A DNA stretch of 64,000 bases from an uncultured bacterium (GCA_965541585.1 CBEUCH010000009.1:76962-140961); one strand, 5' to 3'. Numbered from the stretch's first letter, positions 47,381 through 58,587 are shown. Notes: a model not told the origin generated them from the letters alone. Numbers and translations are program-made.

Positions 47381-48826
47381 GTGAAACCAAATAAGGTCGC
47401 CGAGAATATCTGGGAGATTTTACCGGATTATAAACAGGGCATGCGAGTGCCCGCCAGATTCATCGCCTCCGAAAAACTGATGCAGGAGATGGATGAGGGG
47501 GTCATAAATCAAATTACCAATGTCGCCTGCCTGCCGGGAATCAGCCGACATGCCTGGTGTATGCCGGATGGTCACTGGGGCTATGGTTTTCCCATAGGAG
47601 GGGTGGCGGCCTTCGACCGGGATGAGGGCATTATTTCTCCGGGAGGCATCGGATTCGATATAAACTGCGGCGTCCGAATGATAAAAACCGATTTGACCGA
47701 AGAGGAAGTACGGCCGAGACTCAAAGAGCTGCTTGATACACTTTATTCAACGGTTCCCGCTGGTGTCGGTAAAAGTGGGTCTATAAGGCTCGGCAAGGCC
47801 GGATTTAAAGAAGTACTGACGGAGGGCGCTTCCTGGTGTTTGAAGAACGGATATGCCTACGAGGCCGACATCGACCATATAGAACAACGAGGAAAATTGC
47901 CGGGCGCCGATCCGTCGGCCGTTTCCGATAAAGCGTTCAAGAGAGGAATCGATCAGGTGGGAACTCTTGGTTCGGGCAACCATTATCTCGAAATACAAAG
48001 CGTCACATTCGAGAACGATTGTGATCAGGAGACAGCGAGATTGCTCGGTATCGAAAGCTCCGGTCAAGTGGTAGTCATGGTACACTGCGGCTCCAGAGGA
48101 TTCGGTCATCAGATAGGCACCGACTACCTCCAGAGTTTTGGAGCCGCTATGAAGAAATACGGAATTAAGACCAACGATCGAGAACTGGCATGCGCCCCGA
48201 TAAATTCTCCTGAGGGAAAAGCTTATTTCGGCGCCATGGCGTGCGCCGCTAATTCAGCATTTGTCAATAGACAGGTTATCACCCATGGCATAAGGCAGAG
48301 TTTCGCCAGTGTATTCGGCAAACCGGCGGATCGTATGGGCATAAACCTCATATACGACGTTGCGCATAATATCGCGAAGTTCGAGACTTACAATATAAAC
48401 GGAAAGCCAACAGAGCTACTCGTGCACCGTAAAGGAGCGACGCGAGCATATGGCCCCGGCAATAGCAATCTGGTTGGCGTTTTCAAAACCACCGGCCAGC
48501 CGGTCCTGGTCGGCGGCTCTATGCAGACCGGCTCCTACCTTCTGGTGGGCACCAGGAAAGCCGAGGAACTTACTTTCGGATCCACGCTGCATGGCGCCGG
48601 GCGGGTGATGTCCCGGGCGGCCGCCAGGAAGAAGGTCCGCGGCACCGATCTGCAGCAGAGAATGGAACAGGACGGTATACTGGTTCGAACCGCCTCGTTT
48701 TCAGGTTTGGCGGAGGAGGCCGGTTTCGCATATAAGAACGTCTCCGAGGTGGTCGATGTGGTTCATGCCGTCGGCATCTCGAGAAAAGTAGCGCGGCTCA
48801 TCCCCATGGCAAATATTAAGGGATAA
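47381..48826 (+). CDS. rtcB: RNA ligase RtcB (archaeal/eukaryotic-like long form)
   Basis: MPDGHWGYGFPIG, GFDINCG, GSGNHY, HCGSRG, HNIA, HRKGA and HGAGR motifs. Confidence 0.97.
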   Translation: MKPNKVAENIWEILPDYKQGMRVPARFIASEKLMQEMDEGVINQITNVACLPGISRHAWCMPDGHWGYGFPIGGVAAFDRDEGIISPGGIGFDINCGVRMIKTDLTEEEVRPRLKELLDTLYSTVPAGVGKSGSIRLGKAGFKEVLTEGASWCLKNGYAYEADIDHIEQRGKLPGADPSAVSDKAFKRGIDQVGTLGSGNHYLEIQSVTFENDCDQETARLLGIESSGQVVVMVHCGSRGFGHQIGTDYLQSFGAAMKKYGIKTNDRELACAPINSPEGKAYFGAMACAANSAFVNRQVITHGIRQSFASVFGKPADRMGINLIYDVAHNIAKFETYNINGKPTELLVHRKGATRAYGPGNSNLVGVFKTTGQPVLVGGSMQTGSYLLVGTRKAEELTFGSTLHGAGRVMSRAAARKKVRGTDLQQRMEQDGILVRTASFSGLAEEAGFAYKNVSEVVDVVHAVGISRKVARLIPMANIKG

Positions 48827-48996
48827 AATAGCCTTTCTCACGCCAATCTCTATGGATTTTTGACCGCATTAATAATACCATATCTACTAATCTCGCTCAA
48901 AAAAGGCGATGATCAGGGTTCCCTCAATCGGAACTGCGTCATCCTTTATGTTCTCCATTGGTTTTGAGCTATAGTCAGCCTTCGGTATAAAAATTC

Positions 48997-49026
48997 TTGA
49001 CTATCTAATTAAGGCGGAGATATAAT
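48997..49026 (+). promoter_or_regulatory. Sigma-70 promoter of glycolytic operon
   Basis: TTGACT-18 nt-TATAAT. Confidence 0.7.
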
Positions 49027-49074
49027 AAACTTTCTTGGGAATGCTGTTTTGAGGGTGTGGAGATTAGCTCAATT

Positions 49075-50034
49075 ATGAACAGGATCGGTCTGTTAACGTC
49101 GGGTGGAGATGCCCCGGGCATGAATCCCTGTATCAGGGCGGTAGTCTATGAGGCTGAAAAGAGCGGGACTAAAATTGTGGCTTTCAGAAGAGGCTACGCC
49201 GGGATTCTCGACAATGATTGTTTCGTGATGGAGGTAAAAGATACCAGCGGCATCATTCAACGCGGGGGGACAGTTCTGCGATCATCCCGTTGCGAGGAGT
49301 TTAAATACGAGGAGGCACAGAAGGAGGCCATAAAGGTCTTGATAGAAAATGGCTGCGACGGTCTCATTACCATAGGTGGTGACGGCACCTTAAGAGGCGC
49401 GGCCGCTATTGCCGATCGGGGAGTAAGCGTGGTTGGCGTGCCAGCGACCATCGATAATGACATTTTTGGAACCGATATGACATTGGGAACCGATACGGCT
49501 CTGAACAACATCGTGGAAGTTATAGATAAGATAAAGGACACGGCATCATCACACGAAAGAACCTTCATCATCGAGGTGATGGGGCGGGGCTCCGGATATC
49601 TGGCGCTCGTTTCCGCCATCGCCACCGGAGCCGAGGCCGCCCTGATACCCGAGGTGGAATTCGATCTGGAAAAGATTGCAAAACGCCTCCTTGAGAGGTA
49701 TAAAAGGAATAAGGCGGCTAATATAATTGTTGTGGCGGAGGGTGCTTCCACGGCTTATCAAATAGGGCGCAAATTATCTAAAATTGCTCGTATCGAGTCG
49801 AAAATCACTGTACTGGGGCATCTACAGCGGGGGGGCTCGCCATCCCCATTCGACAGACTGCTCGGGACAAGACTCGGCTCGGCGGCCGTTTCGGAACTGT
49901 TGCAGAATAAATCCAATTGCATGGTCGGCCTGGTTAAGGGAAAGGTCGAGACAACACCGCTCGATGATGTGCTCAAGAAAAGAAAACCGCTTAATGAGAA
50001 ATTCATACGGCTTGCAGAAATGCTGGGGAATTAG
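49075..50034 (+). CDS. pfkA: 6-phosphofructokinase, ATP-type
   Basis: TSGGDAPGMN, GGDGT, PATIDND, EVMGR and GHLQRGG motifs. Confidence 0.93.
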   Translation: MNRIGLLTSGGDAPGMNPCIRAVVYEAEKSGTKIVAFRRGYAGILDNDCFVMEVKDTSGIIQRGGTVLRSSRCEEFKYEEAQKEAIKVLIENGCDGLITIGGDGTLRGAAAIADRGVSVVGVPATIDNDIFGTDMTLGTDTALNNIVEVIDKIKDTASSHERTFIIEVMGRGSGYLALVSAIATGAEAALIPEVEFDLEKIAKRLLERYKRNKAANIIVVAEGASTAYQIGRKLSKIARIESKITVLGHLQRGGSPSPFDRLLGTRLGSAAVSELLQNKSNCMVGLVKGKVETTPLDDVLKKRKPLNEKFIRLAEMLGN

Positions 50035-50048
50035 TATGGAGCGCTATA

Positions 50049-51098
50049 ATGCCTGAGAGGATCGGCTTATTAACCGGAGGTGGAGATTGTCCGGGTCTGA
50101 ACGCTGTAATCAGAGCCATAGTCAGGAAGTCGGTGGATATATACAATTACAGGGTTGTCGGTTTTATCGGCGGCTGGCGCGGTATCCTGGAAATGGAATA
50201 CGCAACGCTAAACAGAAACAAAATATCCGGAATCCTCCACCGGGGCGGAACTATCATCAAGACCTCTCGTACCAATCCATTTAGAGAAGAAGATGGAGTA
50301 AAGCGCATCAAGGAGAATTTCGAGAAATTGAAGCTCAGCGCTTTAATTGCCATAGGCGGCGAGGACACGATGGGTGTGGCAAAAGCCCTTGATGAAGGAG
50401 GAATTCCGATAGTGGGAGTGCCAAAGACAATCGATAACGATCTTTCCGGCACTGATTATACTTTCGGATACGATACCGCGATAAATGTCGCCATGGAGGC
50501 CATAGACCGTGTGCACACCACCGCCGAATCGCATAACCGCGTAATGGTCGTCGAAGTCATGGGGCGTCATACCGGGTGGATCGCTCTGGGAGCGGGACTG
50601 GCGGGCGGCGCTGATGTCATCTTAATCCCCGAAAAGCCGTTCGATATCGAAAGAGTCTGCGAGATTATCACCATGCGCCATGGCAAGGGACGGGATTTTT
50701 CTATAGTCGTGGTTGCAGAGGGCGCGAAATTTAAAACCGAATCGAGCGGGGAAGAAAGGATGATCCTTCGAAGAAAGGAAAAGGATGCCTTCGGACATGT
50801 ATATCTTGGAGGTATCGGCAATGTCCTGGCCGAAGAAATAGAAAAAAGAACCGGTTTCGAATCGAGGGTTGTCATACTCGGCCATATCCAGCGCGGCGGA
50901 TCACCCACGGCCTTCGACCGTATTCTGGCGACCCGTTATGGTATAGCAGCTATCGATATGGTCCATAAAAAAGATTTCGGAAAAATGGCGGCCTTGAAGG
51001 GGACGGATATTGTGGCCATCCCGATATCGGAGGCTGTTAAGGGAATAAAACAGGTATCTGAAGACCTGTATCAGGTTGCCGAAACATTTTTCGGTTGA
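50049..51098 (+). CDS. 6-phosphofructokinase, group III (probably PPi-dependent)
   Basis: TGGGDCPGLN, GGEDT, PKTIDND, EVMGRHTGWIA and DAFGH motifs. Confidence 0.9.
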   Translation: MPERIGLLTGGGDCPGLNAVIRAIVRKSVDIYNYRVVGFIGGWRGILEMEYATLNRNKISGILHRGGTIIKTSRTNPFREEDGVKRIKENFEKLKLSALIAIGGEDTMGVAKALDEGGIPIVGVPKTIDNDLSGTDYTFGYDTAINVAMEAIDRVHTTAESHNRVMVVEVMGRHTGWIALGAGLAGGADVILIPEKPFDIERVCEIITMRHGKGRDFSIVVVAEGAKFKTESSGEERMILRRKEKDAFGHVYLGGIGNVLAEEIEKRTGFESRVVILGHIQRGGSPTAFDRILATRYGIAAIDMVHKKDFGKMAALKGTDIVAIPISEAVKGIKQVSEDLYQVAETFFG

Positions 51099-51101
51099 TG
51101 A

Positions 51102-52115
<1,014 letters not shown>

Positions 52116-52172
52116 GCGGTAGGATCGTCAGGCCGATTGGATAAAACTGATTTTTTATCCGGGGAGGGGATT

Positions 52173-54425
52173 ATGGCCCGGAAGACAATTTTATTTCTGG
52201 CAGCATTCACCTTGCTTCTTTGTGCAAGTTGTTCGGATGATGCTAACCCGGTTCAGCAGATCAACGGTTTCATTAGTGGGCGGGTTACGGCGGACGGCGT
52301 GGGTCTGGCAGGCGTCACCATTACAGTATCGGCTTATACTTATAGCGGCGGAGGATCGCCAAAACCACAGAGCCAATTGACTGTGGCGGAAACTGCAGCA
52401 GATGGCGATTATCGAATAGAACTGCTCCCCGGACAGTATAAGGTTGAATATGATAAGATCCTGGATGGTATACTCCTCCATACCGCCCGCTACCCCGTTG
52501 CTGTATTGCCTGCTTCGGAGGTTGTCGTAAATGTCGATCTCAAGGATCCGATTCCTGCAAATCTCCTTGCGGTGGACGATGATGCGGCGGTCCTGTTGAC
52601 CTGGGAACGTGGCTACGACGCCAATTATTATCGCATATACCGTTCTATTCTTGGACAGGATGACTTTCAAATTATAGCTGCAACGCCGATGTGGAGCGGT
52701 AGGATACGTTGGGTTGATTTTCCCCCGGAAGTCGAGACCTATGTTTATAGAGTCACCGGAGTGGCAAATGACATCGAATCCGATCCTTCAAATGAAGCTG
52801 AGGTAGTATTCACGGCTACAATCAACCCTCCTTCGGGTCTCCAGGCATCAGACCAGATCACTCACATCGCCCTAAACTGGACGGAAAAATCCAGCGCCGC
52901 CTATTATAAGATCTATCGCGCAGTTTCCACGCCGGAATCATGGCAGGTTCTGGATTCTACATCGCAGTTTTCATATTCTGATGTTCCGGAAACCTACGAG
53001 ACATATTATTACTACGTGACGGCAGTTTCTGCTCTGGCTACCGAATCAGCACCTTCTTCATCCGAAATGGTGGAATATGACGGCCGCTATGATCCACCGT
53101 CGGGATTGACTTTGATAGATCGCGGCTCGAACTTGTACCTGACATGGCTGTCAGGGAATAATGCCGGATATTACAAAATCTACCGCTCCATTGAACCGGA
53201 TACCGACTTTGTCGCAATCGATAGCACGTCGTCTCTCCACTATGAGGATTTCCCGACTATCCATCAATATTATTACTATCGAGTCACCGTCGTTGGGCCG
53301 AACGGGCTCGAATCGGAACCCTCATCCATAGTGGGGGCAAATTACGACGGGCGGCTCGATTCGCCTGACCAGGTGCTTGCCACCGACATGGGACTATATG
53401 TGGAGATCAGTTGGAGTGAAGTTCTGTGGACGGGCGCCTACGTTATCTATAGATCTGATGATGGCCAGACCTACCATCAGATAGCCCGTCTTTCGGCCGG
53501 TTATTTGGATTACGACGACATTCCTCCGGCGGCGGGGAATTATTCATATAAGGTTTCCACCGAAACAGTTGACGGGGTGGAAGGTCCGTTGTCCTCGGCT
53601 GCCAGCGTTTTCTTCAGCGACAACCTGACGCGCCCTGAAAATGTGGTTGCGGAAAATTTCGGCACCTTTGTTGTAGTCTCCTGGGATAGCGTGCCCGACG
53701 CCGATGGATATACAGTCTACCGATCGCCATCGGGAGGGGGTGGCTATGTCGAAATCGGCTCGACGACTCTGAGCAGCTATGAAGATATCCCTCAATCCGC
53801 CGGCGATTATTTCTACAAGGTCAGGGCCACCGATGATCTCGGGAATGAGTCGCCGTTCAGCTTCTATGCTTATACCCTTTTCACAGCCATACCCCTGCCT
53901 CCGCATGATGTTCAAGCTCTTGATTACCTGTACAGGATTCAGCTAAATTGGGATAGTGAAGATCCTGATTACTATTTCATAGTTTATCGGGCCAATAGCT
54001 CTATCGGCGAATATATCCCGGTTGATACTGTCGAGACGATGTATGCAGATGATTGGCCATCGATTGCCGGGCATTACTATTACAAGATTCAGGCTCTGTC
54101 AGCACCCGATATTGAATCTGATCTATCTGATCATGTTCATGTCTATTTCTCGGGGATTCTCGAAATGCCTTCGGGACTGACCGGCGAAGATGCCGGAAAT
54201 TACGTGCAGTTAGACTGGCAGAATGTTACGGGAGCATCAGAATACGATGTTTACAGGGGGACGAGCCCGGAAAATCTGGAGATTAATCAAACGGTATATG
54301 ATACCGGCGCCACAGATGCACCCGATACGGCGGAAACCTACTATTATGCCGTAACCGCCAAGACGCGGGGAGGGCTGGAATCGCCGAGGTCCGCCCCCGT
54401 CATTGTTGATTTCGATCCCCAGTAA
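52173..54425 (+). CDS. Lipoprotein with carboxypeptidase-regulatory-like domain and ~7 fibronectin type III repeats
   Basis: Lipobox CASC after GGAGG. Repeating L-x-W...Y-x-IYRS...Y-x-D...YYY-x-V...ES-x-PS units. Confidence 0.85.
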   Translation: MARKTILFLAAFTLLLCASCSDDANPVQQINGFISGRVTADGVGLAGVTITVSAYTYSGGGSPKPQSQLTVAETAADGDYRIELLPGQYKVEYDKILDGILLHTARYPVAVLPASEVVVNVDLKDPIPANLLAVDDDAAVLLTWERGYDANYYRIYRSILGQDDFQIIAATPMWSGRIRWVDFPPEVETYVYRVTGVANDIESDPSNEAEVVFTATINPPSGLQASDQITHIALNWTEKSSAAYYKIYRAVSTPESWQVLDSTSQFSYSDVPETYETYYYYVTAVSALATESAPSSSEMVEYDGRYDPPSGLTLIDRGSNLYLTWLSGNNAGYYKIYRSIEPDTDFVAIDSTSSLHYEDFPTIHQYYYYRVTVVGPNGLESEPSSIVGANYDGRLDSPDQVLATDMGLYVEISWSEVLWTGAYVIYRSDDGQTYHQIARLSAGYLDYDDIPPAAGNYSYKVSTETVDGVEGPLSSAASVFFSDNLTRPENVVAENFGTFVVVSWDSVPDADGYTVYRSPSGGGGYVEIGSTTLSSYEDIPQSAGDYFYKVRATDDLGNESPFSFYAYTLFTAIPLPPHDVQALDYLYRIQLNWDSEDPDYYFIVYRANSSIGEYIPVDTVETMYADDWPSIAGHYYYKIQALSAPDIESDLSDHVHVYFSGILEMPSGLTGEDAGNYVQLDWQNVTGASEYDVYRGTSPENLEINQTVYDTGATDAPDTAETYYYAVTAKTRGGLESPRSAPVIVDFDPQ

Positions 54426-54452
54426 TATCTTCTCATGCTGTAAGGAGGATGA

Positions 54453-55661
54453 GTGGAGAAATTGACCATAGACGATGTAGACCTTGCAGGCAAAAAAGTC
54501 TTAACGAGAGTCGATTTTAACGTACCGCTTGAAAACGGGAAGGTTGCGGATGATACTCGCATAACGGCCGCAATACCGACTATACATAAAATAATTGCAT
54601 CGGATGCCAGGGCCATACTGATGTCACATCTCGGTCGCCCGAAGGGGGAGATCAAGCCGAATCTCAGTCTGAAGCCGGTCGCGGAGAGGTTATCGCAGCT
54701 TATGGGGCGAAAGGTGTATTTCTCTGAGGATTGCGTCGGCAGGGCCGCCAAAAAGAGCATAGCCGGGCTTCTGGAAGGTGAAATAATCCTGCTGGAAAAT
54801 CTAAGATTTCATGGAGAGGAAGAAAAAAACGATCCCGACTTCGCACGTGCTCTTGCTGATTTAGGCGATGTTTACATAAACGACGCCTTCGGCACGGCCC
54901 ATAGGGCGCATGCCTCGACGGAGGGCATCACCCGTTTTATCGATCCATCGGCGGCCGGTTATCTTATGAAAAAGGAGCTCGATTATCTCGGTATGGCGCT
55001 CGAGGATCCCCCAAGGCCCTTTGTAGCCATTCTGGGGGGCGCCAAGATTTCCGGCAAAATAGACGTCATCTCAAACCTGCTTGATAAAGTAGACGATCTT
55101 TTGATCGGCGGCGGCATGGCATTCACTTTCTTCAAAGCCAAGGGATATGAAATTGGTGATTCGCTTCTGGATGAAAATAAGATAAGAGAAGCCGGTAACA
55201 TCATGATGCTGGCAGAGCAACGTAAGGTCAATCTTGTGCTGCCGATTGATATCGTTGTGACTCCTGATCCCGGAGTCGATCCACCTTTATCGGAGACAGT
55301 AGTGGCTGCAGGTATGGGGAAAGATATGGTAGGGGTGGATATCGGTCCACGAACTATCGAACGTTTCAAAAGCATAATTGAGTCTACAGGGACCGTTTTC
55401 TGGAATGGCCCCATGGGGATATTTGAGAAAACGCCCTTCGCCACCGGGACATTCGAACTCGCCAGGACCCTGGCGGAGGCGACTGATAAGGGATGCATTT
55501 CTATCGTCGGCGGTGGAGATTCGGCATCGGCGGTAACCAGAGCAGGCCTGACTGAACGAATGTCGCATGTCTCCACGGGTGGTGGGGCATCCCTGGAATT
55601 CCTCGAAGGCAAAACCCTGCCCGGAGTTGCGGCATTAACTGACAGGAGAAGTGAAAAATGA
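54453..55661 (+). CDS. pgk: Phosphoglycerate kinase
   Basis: RVDFNVP, SHLGRP, LENLRF, DAFGTAHRAHAS and STGGGASLEFLEG motifs. Confidence 0.99.
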   Translation: MEKLTIDDVDLAGKKVLTRVDFNVPLENGKVADDTRITAAIPTIHKIIASDARAILMSHLGRPKGEIKPNLSLKPVAERLSQLMGRKVYFSEDCVGRAAKKSIAGLLEGEIILLENLRFHGEEEKNDPDFARALADLGDVYINDAFGTAHRAHASTEGITRFIDPSAAGYLMKKELDYLGMALEDPPRPFVAILGGAKISGKIDVISNLLDKVDDLLIGGGMAFTFFKAKGYEIGDSLLDENKIREAGNIMMLAEQRKVNLVLPIDIVVTPDPGVDPPLSETVVAAGMGKDMVGVDIGPRTIERFKSIIESTGTVFWNGPMGIFEKTPFATGTFELARTLAEATDKGCISIVGGGDSASAVTRAGLTERMSHVSTGGGASLEFLEGKTLPGVAALTDRRSEK

Positions 55662-56407
55662 GACGTCCGCTCATCGCTGGAAATTGGAAAATGTTCACCG
55701 ATCCGTCGTCAGCAATGAAGCTGGCCGGTGAGCTAAAGAAGGAATTCAAAAACTGCGCCTGGGCGGACGTTGTTGTCTGCCCCCCGTTTACTTCATTTCA
55801 CGCGGTCGTAGAATCCCTCGAAGATAGCAATATAGAAATAGGCGGGCAGAATATTCATTGGGAAAGCGAGGGCGCTTTTACCGGGGGGATCTCCGCCGCC
55901 ATGCTATTGAATTCCGGTTGTAAATGGGTAATCATCGGCCACTCCGAGATGCGCACCTATTTCTCCGAAACGGATAAGCAGGTGTTGTCGAAAGTCAGAT
56001 CCGCTCTGGCCGCCGGTCTGAAGCCGATCGTATGCGTCGGGGAGACCCTCGAACAGAGAGAAAGCGGTATTACCGAAAAGACCGTGGAAGCCCAGCTTGT
56101 CGGCGGCGTAGGCGATATCGATGATATCAGCCGTTTGACAATGGCCTACGAGCCGGTATGGGCTATCGGCACCGGCAGGAACGCTACTCCGCAGCAGGCC
56201 GAGGAGGTTCATCGATTCATGAGAAGATTGATCGCCGATCGCTGGGGCGCAAGGGTGGCGGAATCAATTCGGATTCTCTATGGTGGCTCGGTTAAACCCG
56301 AAAATGCAGGTTCGCTGGGGCAAGAGGAGAATATCGACGGTTTCCTTGTCGGCGGCGCCAGCTTGAAGGCCGCTTCCTTCCTGCGCATAGCTGAATCTTT
56401 GAAATAA
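55658..56407 (+). CDS. tpiA: Triosephosphate isomerase
   Basis: AGNWKM, GHSE, AYEPVWAIGTG, YGGSV and LVGGASL motifs. Confidence 0.98.
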   Translation: MRRPLIAGNWKMFTDPSSAMKLAGELKKEFKNCAWADVVVCPPFTSFHAVVESLEDSNIEIGGQNIHWESEGAFTGGISAAMLLNSGCKWVIIGHSEMRTYFSETDKQVLSKVRSALAAGLKPIVCVGETLEQRESGITEKTVEAQLVGGVGDIDDISRLTMAYEPVWAIGTGRNATPQQAEEVHRFMRRLIADRWGARVAESIRILYGGSVKPENAGSLGQEENIDGFLVGGASLKAASFLRIAESLK

Positions 56408-56480
56408 CCACTTGACATATTTCCGCTTTCAAGTATTTTTGGCCGTTGTCGAAAAAGAGTATGGAGGTTTAGATTAGAAT

Positions 56481-56897
56481 ATGAATGTTTTTTACCCTTT
56501 CTTGCTTGTGATTCATATCCTGTTTGCGCTGTCTCTGATAGTTGCAGTTCTTATGCAGTCTTCCAAGGGTGAGGGTCTGGCCGGAGCTTTTGGCGGCGGC
56601 GGAGGCCTCTCCGGCGCCGTATTCGGGGGCAGGGGAGCAGCTACATTTCTTTCAAAAGCAACGTCATTTATCGCCATCGCTTTCATGCTGACCAGTCTCA
56701 CTCTATTTGTATCGCTGGGGATAACAAGCGGCGGTGGCGAGGAATCCGGCGTTGTCAGGGATCTGCAGGAGGGCCCGGGCGATCTGGCGCCATCGGGCCA
56801 ACCGAGCACAGTGCCGGGTGAGATTCCGGCCGGCGAAGAGGCAGGCCCGGGAGACTTATTCCAGCTGCCACCGACGCAGGATACTTCCGGGCGTTAA
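56481..56897 (+). CDS. secG: Preprotein translocase subunit SecG
   Basis: VLMQSSKG-x-GL-x-GAFGG..FLSKAT. Conserved tpiA-secG-tRNA-Leu synteny. Confidence 0.95.
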   Translation: MNVFYPFLLVIHILFALSLIVAVLMQSSKGEGLAGAFGGGGGLSGAVFGGRGAATFLSKATSFIAIAFMLTSLTLFVSLGITSGGGEESGVVRDLQEGPGDLAPSGQPSTVPGEIPAGEEAGPGDLFQLPPTQDTSGR

Positions 56898-56930
56898 AGA
56901 ATCCTCAGAGATATTAGCCGGGGAAAATCT

Positions 56931-57012
56931 GCGGAAGTGGTGGAATCGGTAGACACGCCATCTTGAGGGGGTGGTGCCGAAAGGTGTGGGGGTTCAAATC
57001 CCCCCTTCCGCA
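56931..57012 (+). tRNA. tRNA-Leu(GAG), CCA not encoded
   Basis: GCGGAAG/CTTCCGC acceptor stem, anticodon arm CCATC-TTGAGGG-GGTGG, long variable arm and GTTCAAATC T-loop. Followed by CTA. Confidence 0.96.
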
Positions 57013-57030
57013 CTAAATATGCTAAGAATG

Positions 57031-57054
57031 GCCATCGTATTAGATGGCTTTTTT
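57031..57054 (+). terminator. Intrinsic terminator after tRNA
   Basis: GCCATC-GTATTA-GATGGC-TTTTTT. Confidence 0.8.
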
Positions 57055-57141
57055 AATTAGCACCAGGCAGGTCGGATGCCGATCGAGGCGGCGATCAACA
57101 GGACTGCTCGAATCGTAATGAAAACGGCCGATCGAAAGAAT

Positions 57142-58416
57142 ATGCGAATAACTATTCTTACAATGGGCTCTCGTGGCGACGTTGAACCGTATGTTGCGCT
57201 CGGGGAAGGCCTGCGCGATACCGGTCAAGTCGTAAGTATTGCCACGCACGATAGTTTCAAGGATCTTGTTGTTGATAAGGGAATGGAGCATTTCCCGGTC
57301 GAGGGTAATCCGCAGGAACTGCTGGAACAGGAGGCGGGCAGGCGATGGCTCGAAACGGGTCAGAGAATGAATCCCTTTACGTTCGTGAAGCGGATGATGG
57401 ACGCCGCCGGCCCCATTATTCGCGGGATGCTCGACGATTATATTAAGGCATGCCAGGAAACGGACCTCATCATAACATCCACTCTATCTGCGCTGGCGGC
57501 CATTTCTTTAGGGGAGAAGCTTAAAGTCAGGGTCCTGGCCGCATATCTTCAGCATGTTCATAATACCAGGTTATATCCGGGATTGATGTCGGTGCCGAAG
57601 CCTAGACTTGGCGGTTTGTACAACCTCTTAACATACCCGCTGGGCTCGGTGATCTACTGGCAGATGTTAAGGCCTCATATTAACAGGTGGCGACGAGAAT
57701 CGCTGAAGCTGCCGGGCCTCTCATTAAAGGGTCCTTTCAGTAAATTGGCGAGACAACGGTATAAGTGTCTTTACGGTTTCAGCCCAACTGTCGTCCCCCG
57801 GGCTCCCGAATGGGGCGATAACATTTATATAACCGGTTACTGGTTTCTGGAGAAGTCATCCGAATGGCAGCCGCCCAGCGACTTGCTCGAATTCCTGGAG
57901 TCGGGGGAGCCGCCGGTGTTTGTGGGATTCTCCAGCATGACCAACCGCGAACCCGAGACAGTTACTCGCATAATAATAGAAGCGTTGGAGAAAGCCGGGC
58001 AGCGAGGCATTATCGGAATCGGTTGGGGTGGTCTCGGCGATATCGATATTCCCGATAATATTTTCAGGATAGATTCCGCTCCCTTCGATTGGTTGTTTCC
58101 CCGCATGGCCGCCGTCGTCCATCACGGAGGCGCCGGCACCACCGCCACCGGCCTGCGCGCCGGGGTACCGTCGATTGTGGTGCCGTTTTTCGCCGACCAG
58201 TTCTTCTGGGGCTGGAGGGTCTCCGAACTGGGTGCGGGGCCGCAATCGATCCCCCGAAAAAAGCTGACAGCCGAACGCCTGGCCGCCGCCATCAAAGAAG
58301 CGGTTGGAAACAACGACATGCGTCGTCGGGCCGCTGATATAGGCGAACGCATACGCTCTGAAAACGGCATCGCCAACGCCGTGACGATGATTGATATGTT
58401 CTTGACGGAGCCGTAG
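57142..58416 (+). CDS. GT1/GT28-like glycosyltransferase (sterol 3-beta-glucosyltransferase-like)
   Basis: GSRGDVEPYVALG, ITGYWF, HHGGAGTTA-x-GLRAG-x-P and PFFADQFFWG motifs. Confidence 0.88.
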   Translation: MRITILTMGSRGDVEPYVALGEGLRDTGQVVSIATHDSFKDLVVDKGMEHFPVEGNPQELLEQEAGRRWLETGQRMNPFTFVKRMMDAAGPIIRGMLDDYIKACQETDLIITSTLSALAAISLGEKLKVRVLAAYLQHVHNTRLYPGLMSVPKPRLGGLYNLLTYPLGSVIYWQMLRPHINRWRRESLKLPGLSLKGPFSKLARQRYKCLYGFSPTVVPRAPEWGDNIYITGYWFLEKSSEWQPPSDLLEFLESGEPPVFVGFSSMTNREPETVTRIIIEALEKAGQRGIIGIGWGGLGDIDIPDNIFRIDSAPFDWLFPRMAAVVHHGGAGTTATGLRAGVPSIVVPFFADQFFWGWRVSELGAGPQSIPRKKLTAERLAAAIKEAVGNNDMRRRAADIGERIRSENGIANAVTMIDMFLTEP

Positions 58417-58463
58417 GTCGGATTTATCGACATCTAAACGAGGCAAAACCGGACACCCGAGTT
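58413..58463 (+). repeat. REP-like element copy 1 (degenerate), supplies the GT stop codon
   Basis: GTAGGTCGGATTT...AAACCGGACACC. 39/51 identical to the copy at 61579. Confidence 0.7.
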
Positions 58464-58587
58464 CAGCGAATTGCGTGTCTCAACTTGTCCATACGGATCT
58501 GTAAGATTGTGATCGTAACATAGCGCCCCGGACGGTCATAATAGATTATGACACGCGGCGCGACATCCGGGCAAAGAAGTAGGAGAA

